From Rhodosorus marinus CCMP1338 (Eukaryota > Plantae > Rhodophyta): a stretch of DNA of 64,000 nt. Made by a program: the position numbers and the translations under genes. Within the stretch, counting starts at the first letter, position 1; the number at the start of each line of letters is the position of its first letter. This document shows, piece by piece, positions 34,896-47,217 of this stretch. The stretch is from the NCBI GenBank assembly GCA_029953675.1, contig JAMWBK010000009.1, positions 124,001 through 188,000 of the forward strand. Direction: 5' to 3'. A model generated the notes under the pieces. The model had not been told where the DNA came from and ran no database searches. It saw only the letters and a program-made list of their open reading frames with translations.

Positions 34896-37869
34896 CTACT
34901 CCGGAGGCTCTGCCTCTTCTTCATCGGGCATCGCGGCAAGGTCCTTTAGATTGAAACGCGAATACGTTCTGGGTACGTGCAAGTTCACCATTGATGGACT
35001 CTCCTTGATGGGGTCTAGCTTCTGGAACGTTTGTGCCCGTTTAAGGATTCCAAGGCCAGTGCCAAATGCCCCAGAAGAACTCGCCGTTGCAGCAGAGGGC
35101 ATGAAGGTATTCCTGAACGACTTGACTCTCTTGAGACTGTCCGCCTCCATGGAAGGAAGAGCTTTCATCACCAAGCACGAGTACGGAGCCATTTGATAGT
35201 TCCCAGAAATCTGATAATTGCCATCCCCCTGTAAAATAACGGTGGTCACAAAAGACCAAAAACCTATGAGAGCGTGAAGCATTTTGCGGTGGATGGAAAC
35301 CCTCCGCACTAGCGCCGTGGCCACCTACCGTCGCGAAGTCTTTGGGGCTGGCCAAATTTGTGTCTATTATCCTGTACCAGGAGCGTCCGTCCTGCCGATT
35401 GGGAAGCGTAAGCCCGTAGTGGTGATGGCCAGCGTTGAAAGCTACGTACAGATCGTCAGATTTTTGATGATCTACGAACGTAAAGGCCAAAAAGTTGTAA
35501 CCCGAATCCCACTCTGGTTCGAAAGGCTTGGAACCATGCCATCGGATGTCCTTCGAATTTAGAAACTTGTCCCTGCAGAGGATTTTGTGGCGCTTTCTGA
35601 AATCGATGAGCTTTTCCATGAAACGCCGCATTTCGTGGCCAGCTTTTGAGGTGTTCCAGTGGAAATAGTTTTTCTGCTGATCCTGACACCAGGCGTTGTT
35701 GTTTCCGCCCTTAGAATGGCAGTACTCATCTCCCATAAGTATCATAGGAGTGCCAGCTGACAACATTAACGCCACCTAAGAAATACGAAAATACAAATTT
35801 CAACCATCGGCGAGGTGGGCGAATACTACTGGAGGGAAGGTCTACGAACGGGGAGTAGAAGACATGCCGGACACATGTGAAGTGCTTACCATGAAATTTT
35901 TACACTGCCGATGACGAAGGGTGTTGATTTCGTTCTGACCAGTTTCTCCTTCCAAGCCGCAGTTCCACGAGTCGTTGTGCTTTTCGCCGTCGTTATTGTT
36001 CTCCCCGTTTTCCTGGTTGTGCTTCTCATTGTAGCTCACCAAGTCGAACAGAGAGAATCCGTCGTGAGCAACGATAAAGTTTATCGAATGAAACGGCTGT
36101 CTCCCATTTTGATAGAGGTCTGCAGAGCCACATATCCTCGTCGCAAATTCCTAGTTTTCAATGAGCACGCAAAAATATGTGTTAAACAAGGACACCATAC
36201 CGGATACTTCTAGACGCCGTGCCAACATACTCCGATCGTCCCTTGGTCCCCTTTGATAAACTTGCGGACGCAGTCTCTATACTTTCCATTCCATTCTCCC
36301 CAGTGTCCAAAATGAGGAAACTTTCCAACCTGAGTTCCGACATCAAGCATGGAAGTGAGGATCCTGGGGTTCTTCTAGCTTGAATACACCGGTGCTGTTC
36401 CGCATACCTGGTAGAGACCAACTGCATCCCAAGGCTCCGCAATGAACTTAATATCCCGAAGAGTTGGATCTTTCGTGATTCTCTCGATCGCTGGAGGCGA
36501 GTCTAAAGGCGTACCATCCTGGCTGCGCGTCATCTCCGACGCGAGGTCAAACCGAAACCCATCAATTCCCATCTCATGAACCCAGTACCGTATGCAGATA
36601 TGGAACCACTCCGCCACGATGGGGTTGTTCAAGCTGACAGAATTGCCACATCCAGTATAGTCGTGGAACTTGCCCCGCTTGGTGATGTAGTATGTCTCGG
36701 TGGCAAGCCCTTTGAAAGAAAAGAATCCAGGTCCAAGAAAGGATTCGCCGAATTCCGCTGTGTGGTTGAAGACAACGTCTAAAAAGACCTCTATCCCTGC
36801 ACGGTGCAGCTCCCTGACCATGGTCTTGAACTCATCCAGTGCAGACCACGGATCGGAACCCACCGCATAGCGGTTCATGGGAGAGAAGAAATTTACCGTG
36901 CTGTATCCCCAGTACTGACATAGGGGTTTGCCTGCAGGCGAAAGCAAGTCACTGTCGGGCTTAGCGCGAAACACGCGATATCATCGACGAGCATTTTGAG
37001 ATTGCCTACCTGTAAAAGGATTCTTTTTATCCCATTCGGTCTCATTGAACTCCATAACCGGCAGCAGCTCCACACAGTTCACTCCCAGTGACTTCAGGTA
37101 CGGAATCTTTTCCACAACACCGCAATAACTCCCGGGGTTACTGCACCCAGAGTCTGCGCTCATGGTGAATCCTCGAACATGCATCTCGTAAATAACGAGG
37201 TCCTAGAGGTACCAAAGAGGGCCCCATGTGAAACGCGTGAGTCATTGGGAACATTCTCGCCGAATACAGAGACATCGCTGACGAACCTTCATTGGGATAC
37301 GGGGAGGAAGGACTCCTTTCCAGTCGAAGTCGAATACTTTCTTTGGTAATATTACGCTGCGCGGACTGTAGCCTCCGGCAATGTTGTTGAAATGCTGCGG
37401 ACCACGTGGGGAGTCCAAGCAATAAGATATGGGATCCATCACGAGATCTTTTTTCCAGCGACTCTTCTCAGCTATTCCAACCCTAAACATGTAGGAGTAC
37501 CCCTCGCAGTACGGAGAAACCATAACTGAACGTAATGGTCGATGTAAGCGGATAGTCAATACCACCAATTGCTTCGCTGATATACATACCATGCCAAACC
37601 TGGCCAGTCCTGTTCAATTTCTTGCTCAGCTTGATCTCTATTCGCTTCGAGTCCTTTGCGGTCTCTGGCGGATAAAGCACAAGGGAGAAATCTTCGCTCT
37701 CCCTTGCGTAAACAGCGAAGTTTGCACTTTCTCCTCTTGGCGAGAGCCCTAACGGTAGAGGATATCCTCTCGCTACAAGCAAATGACTGTTCAAGTCCCC
37801 ACCCCCAATCTCAGTAACGCTTGGGTTTCCAGCAATCGGCTGCGGAGGCCCAAACGAAACCCTCGCCAT
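34896..37869 (-). CDS. Isoamylase / GlgX-type debranching enzyme (GH13), multi-exon
   Basis: GYPLPLG..NFAVYA; VELLPVMEF; [12 protein letters not shown]; [12 protein letters not shown]; DGFRFDLAS; IAEPWD; [24 protein letters not shown]; [10 protein letters not shown]. Confidence 0.95.
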
Positions 37870-39019
37870 TCTGTCCCACCCAAACTTCTCAACAGACCTC
37901 TTCTCTTAAACTACATATATGTGTCTAGAGACCAAGTAAACAAAAACACAACTCCAGATCTAGGTACAAATGAAACCTTCCCTAGTCAAAGATCTGTCCA
38001 TCGCAAACGTCCCCAACCCCTTCCCCTCTACCACATCCCACCCCCCGCCTCCAACCCCCATTCAATACCGTTCCCCCTCATAAATAGATCCTCTTCTAAA
38101 ACTAAAAATTTGGACTTCCAATGATTCAATACGCTCATGTTTTCTCTATCTTTTTACCCGGCCAATCTATGATCCAGATTCCCAAACAGAAAAACCAGTC
38201 TCTGCCTGTGCCATTGTCATCAATCTGACAGGAAACAACAAAATGACCCCCCCCCCAAAACAACCCTATTCAATTATCAGATTCTTAATGAAAAAAAACA
38301 CACCAAAAACATTTCGTATTTATATCCATTCGCATAACCCCCTTCTATGTATATATCCAATAACCGATTTTATTCTTTTTTAATTTATATAGATCACATT
38401 CTAGTTTTCTACATGGAAACTCTTTACCCCCTTTTGAATCCGTACACTCTGTACGGGCAACCCCCCCAAGGCAGTTGGAAAATCCATAATCGCAAAGCTG
38501 TGCGTGCGCACCAGATGTTCTTCTTCATTCTTGAGCAAATCAATATATATATTAAGAGGAGAACCTTCATAATTGGTATTCTTTTTTCCGTTAAATTTAT
38601 GCACTGGATATTTAAACTGTTTTTTGTTGTCGTTTTCTGATTTTTCTGCATTAATATTTTTTGACAATACACTTTAATTGCTGGCTGTCTGTTTTGTCTA
38701 AAATAGTTGCCATCGACGGATTGCAGTGGAGATTGTAAGAGGATTCTGAGTCCCACGTGCGGCTGGTTGGAGGGACCCCATTTCTTCTTTGGACTGGTGT
38801 TAGAGGTATTATCTACTGATCGTCGTCCTCTGGGCACCAGTGCCCTATGGTTAAGGCTAGTTACACCTTGCGCAGCTAGGCGGTTGGTTTCGCAACTGAG
38901 CAAGGCCTCGGGGGTACAGGCGCTTTAGCTGTCGCTTTTTTCTCATATTAATCGTATGCTACAAGATTTTTTAATATTTATTACGTCAAGGCAGACCTCA
39001 GCAGGCAAGTTTGGACCTC

Positions 39020-40249
39020 TCACAAGGAGCGCAGGGCTGCTCTTACCGAACCCTTCTCAGTGAGAACATTTACATCGTCACCTTTGATTTCCAGCACCTC
39101 AGGCTTCCCGCTATAAGAAAAAGACATTCCTGTGTCGATTCTCCATATCTGGTTTCCGCAAGCACAGTTTGCTCCGAATTCGTGCGGCGTATGGCTACGT
39201 AGAAGATTGCAGAGAAAAATGGCAGAACACAATTTAGCGAAGAATAACACAGTTGGTCTCTGCACGGATTGTTGAAGCCTTACCCGACCACCATTCTGTC
39301 AGCTTCCATCATGTTCAACGTTTTCTCCAGTTCCTTGCATGTGTTGGACGCCGAGAAGAGCCGCTGGTACGTAGAGTAGTCTCTCATCCAGACAGGAGAC
39401 TCACTCGCTCTCAAGATCCATCTTGGCTCGGGCATCTTACCAAGCAACCACCCGCGAACCCTTTCGTTAATGGCTTCAATTGAGCCGAATGCGCGGACAT
39501 GTTTAGTCGTCAGGCCGCCGTGAACAAATACATTCCGGCCAATCTGAAGGCATGTCCCCAGTCAACGTGTGAAGTATGTCACAATGAGCCTCTACGAATT
39601 CAATCCCTAAGCACGCTTATTGGCCAAAAAGCCTTGGTGATCCTACCTGAAGGACTAGGTTGCAGTCTGCCAACCTTACAGCAATATCTCCTCCTGGCCT
39701 TAACGCTACCGCCCGCTGCTTTGCATTTTCGGGAAGACTCTCAAACTTACTCCTTACTTCATCTGACATGGGCGTGGAATCGTCAAACACGGCGTCTTGA
39801 AAATCGCTGAACCCTCCCTCGCTGACGAACTTGAAGTCCAAAGCAACATTCAACAGTTCGTGATTGCCAAGCGTCATGTGTACATCTCCACCCTGCGCTT
39901 GCGCCTCTTCCTTCAAGGACCACAAAAGCTCGAGAATCGCAATCTCCTGATTGCCCCTGTCCAGAACGTCTCCAACCTGAACCAAGTTCGTGTTCCCTCC
40001 AATCCAGTTACCATCAGGCGTGATCAAGTTAGCCGCTCGGAGAGCCCTCATGGTAGCATACAAATCACCATGCAGATCACCAATTGCCACAATCCTTTCC
40101 ACTTCCGGAAACCTGCATTGGATCTTCCCCTCAACAGTGCTTCCTTCAGCCTTGCACCAAACAGCCCCTCGTCTCCTTCCCTCTACCCTACGCAAATCTC
40201 TCCCAGAAGTGCTCAGTGGAACACTTGAAACAAAACTTGTTCCCATCAT
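39020..40249 (-). CDS. Shewanella-like protein phosphatase (SLP1-type), probably plastid-targeted
   Basis: Metallophosphatase motifs GDLHGD, GDVLDRG, LGNHE, MVVGHT, and the SLP motif IWRIDTGMS; transit-like N-terminus. Confidence 0.92.
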
Positions 40250-41438
40250 CGTTAGCCCTATTTTCAGTTAGAAAAGGATTCTGAAGTGTTTTGAAGAGCC
40301 CCTCTCATCCAAAAACAAGCTCAGCTTAACCATCAATTCAAAGCTGACCAGACACCTACTCCTCCATTCCCAGTTTTCAACCTGCTCCTCTAAAACGACT
40401 TGCAGCTACCAACGACCTGCTTACCAACGACTTCCAACCAATCGGCCATTTCACGAAAGCCACAGAAGCCAAATAGCCAATGATAATCTGTAATTAATCT
40501 ATTCTATCCAATGGAGTGAGAAGAAACAGTTCCGTTGGAGAATATTTGATTCCTGGTTAAATATTCTCGATTTCTCCTCTTCCTAATTTGTGCGTTGCTT
40601 GTGTGCAATAAGCACAAATTGCTGCGAAAATTGCGTCCAAAAGGTATGATGGCAGGAACTAAGCCGGGGAGGGAAAGCTGTTCGTTTCTGGAAGAAGTTA
40701 CACGATGATATTGACTATCGTTTGCTATTTTGGACTCGATCACGCGATAAATGATGCTTAGGGAATTACGCTCTTCATATTATGTTGATTTTCCGTATGT
40801 ATGTCTGTATAGAATGAAGACCAAGCGCTTCATATCAAGGAACTTCGGCACCCTTGTACATGCTTCGCACTGGCAGGGTCTTATAGCGGAGCTGGGCGGC
40901 CCCGTAATGGAGCATTGGCGACGCCGTGCTAATAGTCGGTCCCGAGAACCCCTACACTCGCCCTTGGTCAGTGGGCACTGCTTCTATGTTCAGAACGGCG
41001 CGTCCCTCAAAGCCAAACAACTCCTCGATCTCAGGGACAATGGGAAACTAGTCCCTCGAGATGCAAGAGTGAAACACCCTGGTACCTTTGCTATAAGATG
41101 TTCGAGAGGCGGTACGTACTCGAGGCACTGAGATCAACGTTTGTGGCATAGGAGGGGCTATGAGGAGGTCGTTCCCCCAAGTTATACACTTCTCATATGC
41201 TTTAGGCATCATCTATTGCATCGTTGTCGAGTATGAATCGCATCGCAATGAAAACCCTTCTAATTCTCAACAGCGATCCTGCGTTGCCTTCTGACGACAA
41301 AATTATCAAAAATCAATGGAAAAGGAAGTACCATAACCAGTCCAGAAAGCCGGAGGCACATCTGGTCACTATACAGAGCCATACTCTTCACGGAGGATAA
41401 ACAGGAGTGCGCAGATTGTACTGAGCTAGAAGTAGCAA

Positions 41439-42674
41439 CTACAGTTGCAACACGGATACTTGCGAAGCTGGGGCTCGAATGAAATCTCGCCCGCCCCTCG
41501 TATATCCAAGCTTATCGTAGTCTGCTGTGTACAGTGATGCCAAAATATCTATCGCCTCCTGATTAATTTTGTCTCCGATGCCGTTTGTTTCCGTCTTGAA
41601 TTCCGTAATGTCAAACACCGCTTGTGGAATCCTGGACATCCCTAGCCCGTTCAGAAGCTTTGTCGTGTCGGCCACATAAGATTCTGAGTGCAGGATGAAG
41701 TCGTACTGAACCTTGTCCATCCCGCAGATGACGTTGATCGAATCCCAGACCTCATCACCATCGAACCCGTTCTCCTGTACCTGCTTCAGAAATTCCACGA
41801 ATGTCAATCTCGGGAGTTTCGATACGTCGTTGTTCCGGACGAAATCAACCCCCTTCAGGTGTTGCATGAACTGTTTGTATCCTTCCGAACCCGCGTCTTT
41901 CTTCACGAACTTGTCAACATACACAGCATGAAGCCTTGTTGAAGGATTTCTCACAAAGGCAATTCGCTTGTATCCGCTGGCAGTGAAAACGCTGTCCTTC
42001 TCCTGGGGGCTCAGATCCGTGAACCGCTTCAGCTTCGCAATCTTCGTCAGGGCGCTCTGCAAGGGGAATAAAGTAGCCCGCGGGGCTAGGCAGACCAAAA
42101 CCTTTTTGCTGGGATCGGCATATACTGTGTATAGAACCTGCTCTCTCTTCTGGGGATCCGGAATAGTACCAGCAGGATTCCCTGCGGCGGCCGCTGGTTT
42201 TGGCGGCAGTGGCTTCGCGATTTGTGGCTTAGCACCGGCACCTGCCGCTATTCCAGTGCTCGGATTGGATCCAGGCACGGAACCCACCCCAGACGCTCCA
42301 GAAGGATTACTGCCCGTTGGAGCTTGAGGCTGGGGCGGTGGTGCAAAACCAGCGTCTCCCTGAACGGTTGCACTCTTTTGTGCCGGAAAGAGATCATCTG
42401 GAGAGATAATTACAAACACGGACGAGCTACTTCAGAACCAGATCTAAATTTCAGCCCCTTCATCAAACCCCCAAAAACAAGAAGCAAAGTCTGCTGAATG
42501 ACCAATTTTACCAGATTGCAGAGGTGCGGTATTCAAAAGAATCGCCGGAACCACAAACCAGATGAAGATGAACACAGTTTGTAACTTTCCTGCCTTCCCG
42601 GCAAAGGTTGATGTCAACGAAAACAACCCAGTGTCCTGTCGCTTCTTGTAAGGGAGTTTTCTCCCCAAATCCAT
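41439..42674 (-). CDS. Type II membrane sulfotransferase-2 (CHST8-14/HNK1-like) family protein, degenerate motifs
   Basis: N-terminal TM (VFIFIWFVVPAILL); P/A/G-rich stem; VLVCLAPR; RIAFVRNPSTRLHAVYVDKF; YDFILHSE; LYTADYDKLGY. Confidence 0.8.
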
Positions 42675-43404
42675 ATTTGCAACAACGCACCGAGCTGCAA
42701 AAAAAACACACACACACACAAAAAAAGCCTCTTCAAATCTTCCACGCACTTTCCCTTGCAAAGCACTATTCAAACTATAAGATCAGAAAGTGCTCATTCA
42801 TCTCATGCTCATCATCATCCACCCGCCCTGTCCCCTCCCTTCCCTCAATCCCTTCCCCCGCCAGAAGAGCTTTCACCCATCGCATTCTGACCCATGACAA
42901 TCAGTACCTTCAAACGTCTTGACGTGTTACGACACATCCAACCCAATCAACAAACACTCCTATTTTTCAAGGGGCTCCTTAAATAATACAAAAATAAATA
43001 ACAAATTCACATTTATAGAAAGATTTACCAAAGCTTTATTCATAATTATTGGAAACTTTATTCAATAATCACCAATCAAAAGTAAATAAAACCGGAGCGT
43101 ACGCAGCGAACAGCCACGTGTCTCAATCTCATGGTTTATTATTCTTCACAAAACAATTTTATTGATTGATGTTCTCTTTTTTAAGAAATATGATTAGTTA
43201 ATATTTTCGTTGTAGATTGATGCTTAACCCTTGCGATGATATTGTTGGCTATAATTTTAGGTATAAAGTTTTATATTTTGCCTAATTCAATCATTTCGAG
43301 AGTGACTGACCTCGGATGAGATCGGGGCTTAGGCAAGCACTTGGGCTGGTGCACCGTTGAATGCGGTGGGTGGACGGCTGCTTTCCTAACTAAGATTCTG
43401 AAAC

Positions 43405-44232
43405 ATGGACAATACAGAGGCCTTCGCTTGCTTTGTACCATCTGCAAGATGGGGCCGCAGCGGAATCGTCCGGAGCAGGACGTGTGTGGTGAGGTGTTCT
43501 GGAGATTTGATTCCGCAGTCGCACGCGGAGGTTCTCTCCGGGATTGAGAAGAGTATCAAGGTCGCTATGAGCGACGGAATGAAATTGTTAGAGGTTCAAT
43601 TTCCGCCAACAGCCACAGCTGCGGCTTCCGCTGCACTGAACGAAACCATGGATGCAAATCGTCGTCATACTCGAGAGCTCATCAGAGGCTTTACGATGGA
43701 GTATTCTGGGCGTCTTTCGGTGGCTTTTCCAGATAAAGGGGAAGCTGTTCTCGCACAGAGATCCTGGAGAGTTGATGAGGGAGAAGACAGGTTTTATATC
43801 TCGACTATTGAGGCTGCTCCGCGAGATCCAAATGCTGAACTTTTCTTCGTTCTCAACCCTGGATTCAACGTCGATGAGTACATCAACCTAGAGAACTTTG
43901 ACGACGAGAAAAGAACCGTTGTCGTGATCAACGGCGAACTGGATCGCATCAGAGGAGGGTATTATCCTCGAATATTCTATCCGAAACTGCACAAAGTAGC
44001 AGAGCGGTCTCTGAGAAAGTTTGTGCCCATATACTTCTTCAAATCCTATCCCAACCGTGGCACGCTGCTGCGTTCCTATCCGGGCCCCTGGAGATTGTTT
44101 TATACCAGCGGGCAGGGAGAAATAACGTGCCTGATAGAGTCCGAAGAACGGCCATCTTATCAAGAGATGGAAAGGATTCTTCGGAAAGCTGCGGATGACG
44201 AAAGGCTTAGCTCTTACGACGACGAAATGTGA
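43405..44232 (+). CDS. DUF1995 / LPA3-like plastid protein, intronless
   Basis: Transit peptide; LLEVQFPP; FNVDE; VINGELDRIRGGYYP; LLRSYPGPW. Confidence 0.85.
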   Translation: MDNTEAFACFVPSARWGRSGIVRSRTCVVRCSGDLIPQSHAEVLSGIEKSIKVAMSDGMKLLEVQFPPTATAAASAALNETMDANRRHTRELIRGFTMEYSGRLSVAFPDKGEAVLAQRSWRVDEGEDRFYISTIEAAPRDPNAELFFVLNPGFNVDEYINLENFDDEKRTVVVINGELDRIRGGYYPRIFYPKLHKVAERSLRKFVPIYFFKSYPNRGTLLRSYPGPWRLFYTSGQGEITCLIESEERPSYQEMERILRKAADDERLSSYDDEM

Positions 44233-44499
44233 AAAGGACTGCAGGACGTCCTTGGGAAGTTCTTGTGCGTTTGCTGACGTGCTCTGCTTCCTTCAATTTC
44301 AAGGTCTTCAACGCCGCTATGGGAAGACAGCATGCATCTCATCCTGTCTCGACTATTGCAAAGGATCGGGCAGGAACTCCGAAGTTGCCCACGGAATGGG
44401 TTGTGGGGAGCTAATTACATTGAATAACTAAAATTTTGTTTATGCGATACTCTATATATATGTCGTTCACGAAAACGAAAAACCAAAGTTCCTCGAGAG

Positions 44500-45840
44500 C
44501 TACTCCTGGTCGAGCAACGACCCGACGACTTCCTCGAATTTGTTCATCGCCATTGTTACTTCCTCTTCGCTGACGATCAACGGCGGGAGAAATCTGACTA
44601 CCGAGGGCCCAGCGGGTACCAGAAGCAGTCCATTTGCAGTGCTTTCCTTGATTACATCAACAGACGTGAAACCAGAGTCTGGCTTAAACTCGACTCCTGA
44701 TATCAGACCCCATCCTCTGATGTCAGCAACAAGCTCGGGGTGTTGTTCCTTCAGCTTCTCAAGTCGATCCCTAATCTGATCGCCTCTCTCTTGAACGTTC
44801 TGAAGAAAGTCAGGATCAGTCACAGTTTGCATAACAGCTATCCCAGCTGCGCAGCTAAGGGCGTTCCCACCGAACGTAGACGCGTGTTCACCAGGTCCGA
44901 AAACATTTGCCTTCTCTGTGCAGAGTAAGGCCCCGATGGGTACTCCACCACCGAGGCCCTTAGCAAGCGTGAACGCGTCAGGGACAACGCCCAGGTTTTC
45001 GAAGCCCCAAAGCTTGCCGGTTCTCCCCACGCCAACTTGTACTTCATCCATTACGAGGAGCGCGTCAATACTATCACAGAACTCCCGTACAGCCATGAAG
45101 AACTCTTTCTCGCCAGGGACCACTCCCCCTTCCCCTTGACAAGCTTCTAGAATAATGCCAATGATCTTGTTGCCGTACTTCTCAAAGGCAGCTTGAAGGG
45201 AGTCGATGTTGTTGTACTCCACGTAGTCGAAGCCGGGCACCATCGGAGAGAAGTGCTTTTGATATTTGGTTTGTCCAGTGGCCGTGACTGTGGCCAATGT
45301 CCGACCGTGGAAACTTTGTTTTGCAGTGAGGATTACACCGTTTTCATTCCCGTGCTTTTCGCTTGCGTACTTCCTGAGAAGCTTGATGGCTGCCTCGTTT
45401 GCTTCGGCACCAGAGTTGCAGAAGAATACTTTATCGGCGACTGAATTTTCCACCAAAATCTTCGCCAGCTCCCCTTGCTGCGGAATATAAAAGAGATTTG
45501 AAACGTGATGAAGTTTGCTCATCTGCTCCACGACAGCGTTGTTCAGAATCGGACTTGCGTGACCCAAGGCACAAGTCGCGATTCCCGACACAAAGTCGAG
45601 GTACTCCTTGCCAGTGTCATCATACAACAAACAACCTTTGCCCTCAGCGATGGTGATGTCATACCTCCCATAAGTATTCATCACATACTGCTGCGTATCA
45701 GCCTTTCCCTGCGAAACAGAAGCCACCGCTAGGGAATCAACAGACGCGACCATTCTAACTGAAGAACATTTCTTCACCTCACGCCTACCCCTCCTCAGTT
45801 CAATTCTACCCGCACCAGCAACAAACCCCAGTCCCTCCAT
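44500..45840 (-). CDS. argD: Acetylornithine aminotransferase (class III PLP), plastid-targeted, intronless
   Basis: YVMNTYGR; YLDFVSGIA; FFCNSGAEANEAA; SFHGRT; DEVQVGVGRTG; TLAKGLGGG; HASTFGGN. First ATG at 45840. Confidence 0.97.
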   Translation of the reverse strand: MEGLGFVAGAGRIELRRGRREVKKCSSVRMVASVDSLAVASVSQGKADTQQYVMNTYGRYDITIAEGKGCLLYDDTGKEYLDFVSGIATCALGHASPILNNAVVEQMSKLHHVSNLFYIPQQGELAKILVENSVADKVFFCNSGAEANEAAIKLLRKYASEKHGNENGVILTAKQSFHGRTLATVTATGQTKYQKHFSPMVPGFDYVEYNNIDSLQAAFEKYGNKIIGIILEACQGEGGVVPGEKEFFMAVREFCDSIDALLVMDEVQVGVGRTGKLWGFENLGVVPDAFTLAKGLGGGVPIGALLCTEKANVFGPGEHASTFGGNALSCAAGIAVMQTVTDPDFLQNVQERGDQIRDRLEKLKEQHPELVADIRGWGLISGVEFKPDSGFTSVDVIKESTANGLLLVPAGPSVVRFLPPLIVSEEEVTMAMNKFEEVVGSLLDQE

Positions 45841-46142
45841 CCTCGCCAAACAAAATCACCCCCACCTTCCCCACCAACCAACCAAACAACAGACCCTCCC
45901 CAACGCCCTTTCCCACAGCTCCAAAATCACCTCAATCCTAAAGGATCTCTACCAGAATGTCCACCCACCCCAACCCCTCCCAATCATCCCTTCCCCTTAA
46001 CCCCCCCCCCTCCATCCCAGATCTCTCTACCAAACAAAGATCCCCTTAATATAGTATTAAGATAGGCTCCTAGGCACCAGGATACCCCCTCTCCCCTCCT
46101 ATCATCCAAATCCCATTCCCCCCATTTTTCCGTATTTTTCCC

Positions 46143-46225
46143 TTTTCCCCAGTTTCCAACATTTTCCCAATTTTCCCCGTTTTCCCCATTTTCCCCATTT
46201 TCCCCGTTTTCACCATTTTTCGCCG
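46143..46225. repeat. Degenerate 9-bp tandem repeat (TTTTCCCC[A/G])n upstream of argD
   Basis: About 8-9 units, e.g. ttttccccg ttttcccca ttttcccca ttttccccg. Confidence 0.85.
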
Positions 46226-47217
46226 TTTCTCCGTCCCATTATCCAACACGGAGTCTTCCGTCAATAGGTTGGTTCAGATTACGCGTCTCAAAATTAGATT
46301 GGTGTTCATAAGAAAAGAAAATTAATTTTTCAATATTTGTTTTCTGAATCTAATTATATTAATAATAAAAATCCGCCGACATATCCATTTGTTTTACAAA
46401 ATAAACCGATTCTTAAGTACAAGTTATAGTATTTCAAAAACAATTCTTTTAACCAATAGACGTGCTGATCTTTTCGTCGATTATCCAATTATTAATTCAT
46501 ACTAACAGTTTAGTTGATGTTAATTGGACTATTATGGTGTGGGAGACGAAAAAACTTCCACAAGATCTAATATTTTTTTAGCGAATAATAGCGCGTGAAG
46601 GAGGCTTTGTTCTTTCTCGAGTTGTTATTTTTAGTATGTTTTGGTTGATATTTTTTTGGATTTATTGGAGCAGGATGGATTTAGAGCTCCAAATAGTGGA
46701 ATCTGGTATTGTACTGTAAGGAATACGATATTGGCGATAGTCGATGCTCGACAGAACCTGTTGTGACCGCTTCCATCGTCTGAGCTGACCAAGGCAGACG
46801 ACTGGAAGGACGGGAGTAGTACCCATCTTAATCAGGCCCACTCTTACCTTTTTTTTAAACAAAAAAATCGCGGCCTGCTTTTCACAGGCTCTTGGAGTTT
46901 TTGCAGATATCTCCATTCCATTGCTTGTGCGTTGGGGCAATAGCTCTTGTATCCAACCTTTAACACGGAGTTTATGTCAGCAGGACTCTGCCTGCACGCA
47001 ACAGGCGAAGGGTGTTCCTCCCTACTATCGGCGGTTCTCAATCTAGATTTTGAGGTTGTCAGTGCTCGTTGGTGAGGCTCCATGTGGAGATTTAGTTCAA
47101 AGTACAATGTTAGGTCTAGGCTTTCGCTGTTGCCGTGATGCAACAACCATATGGAGTTAAATAAACGCGCTCATTTCTTCTAGCGTGCTTGAAACGAGCA
47201 ACTGATGAAGAGACCTG

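Noticed and set aside
46070-46264. 64-aa ORF with GKM/GKT repeats
   Set aside because: Explained by the 9-bp DNA repeat in an upstream region; no coding evidence.
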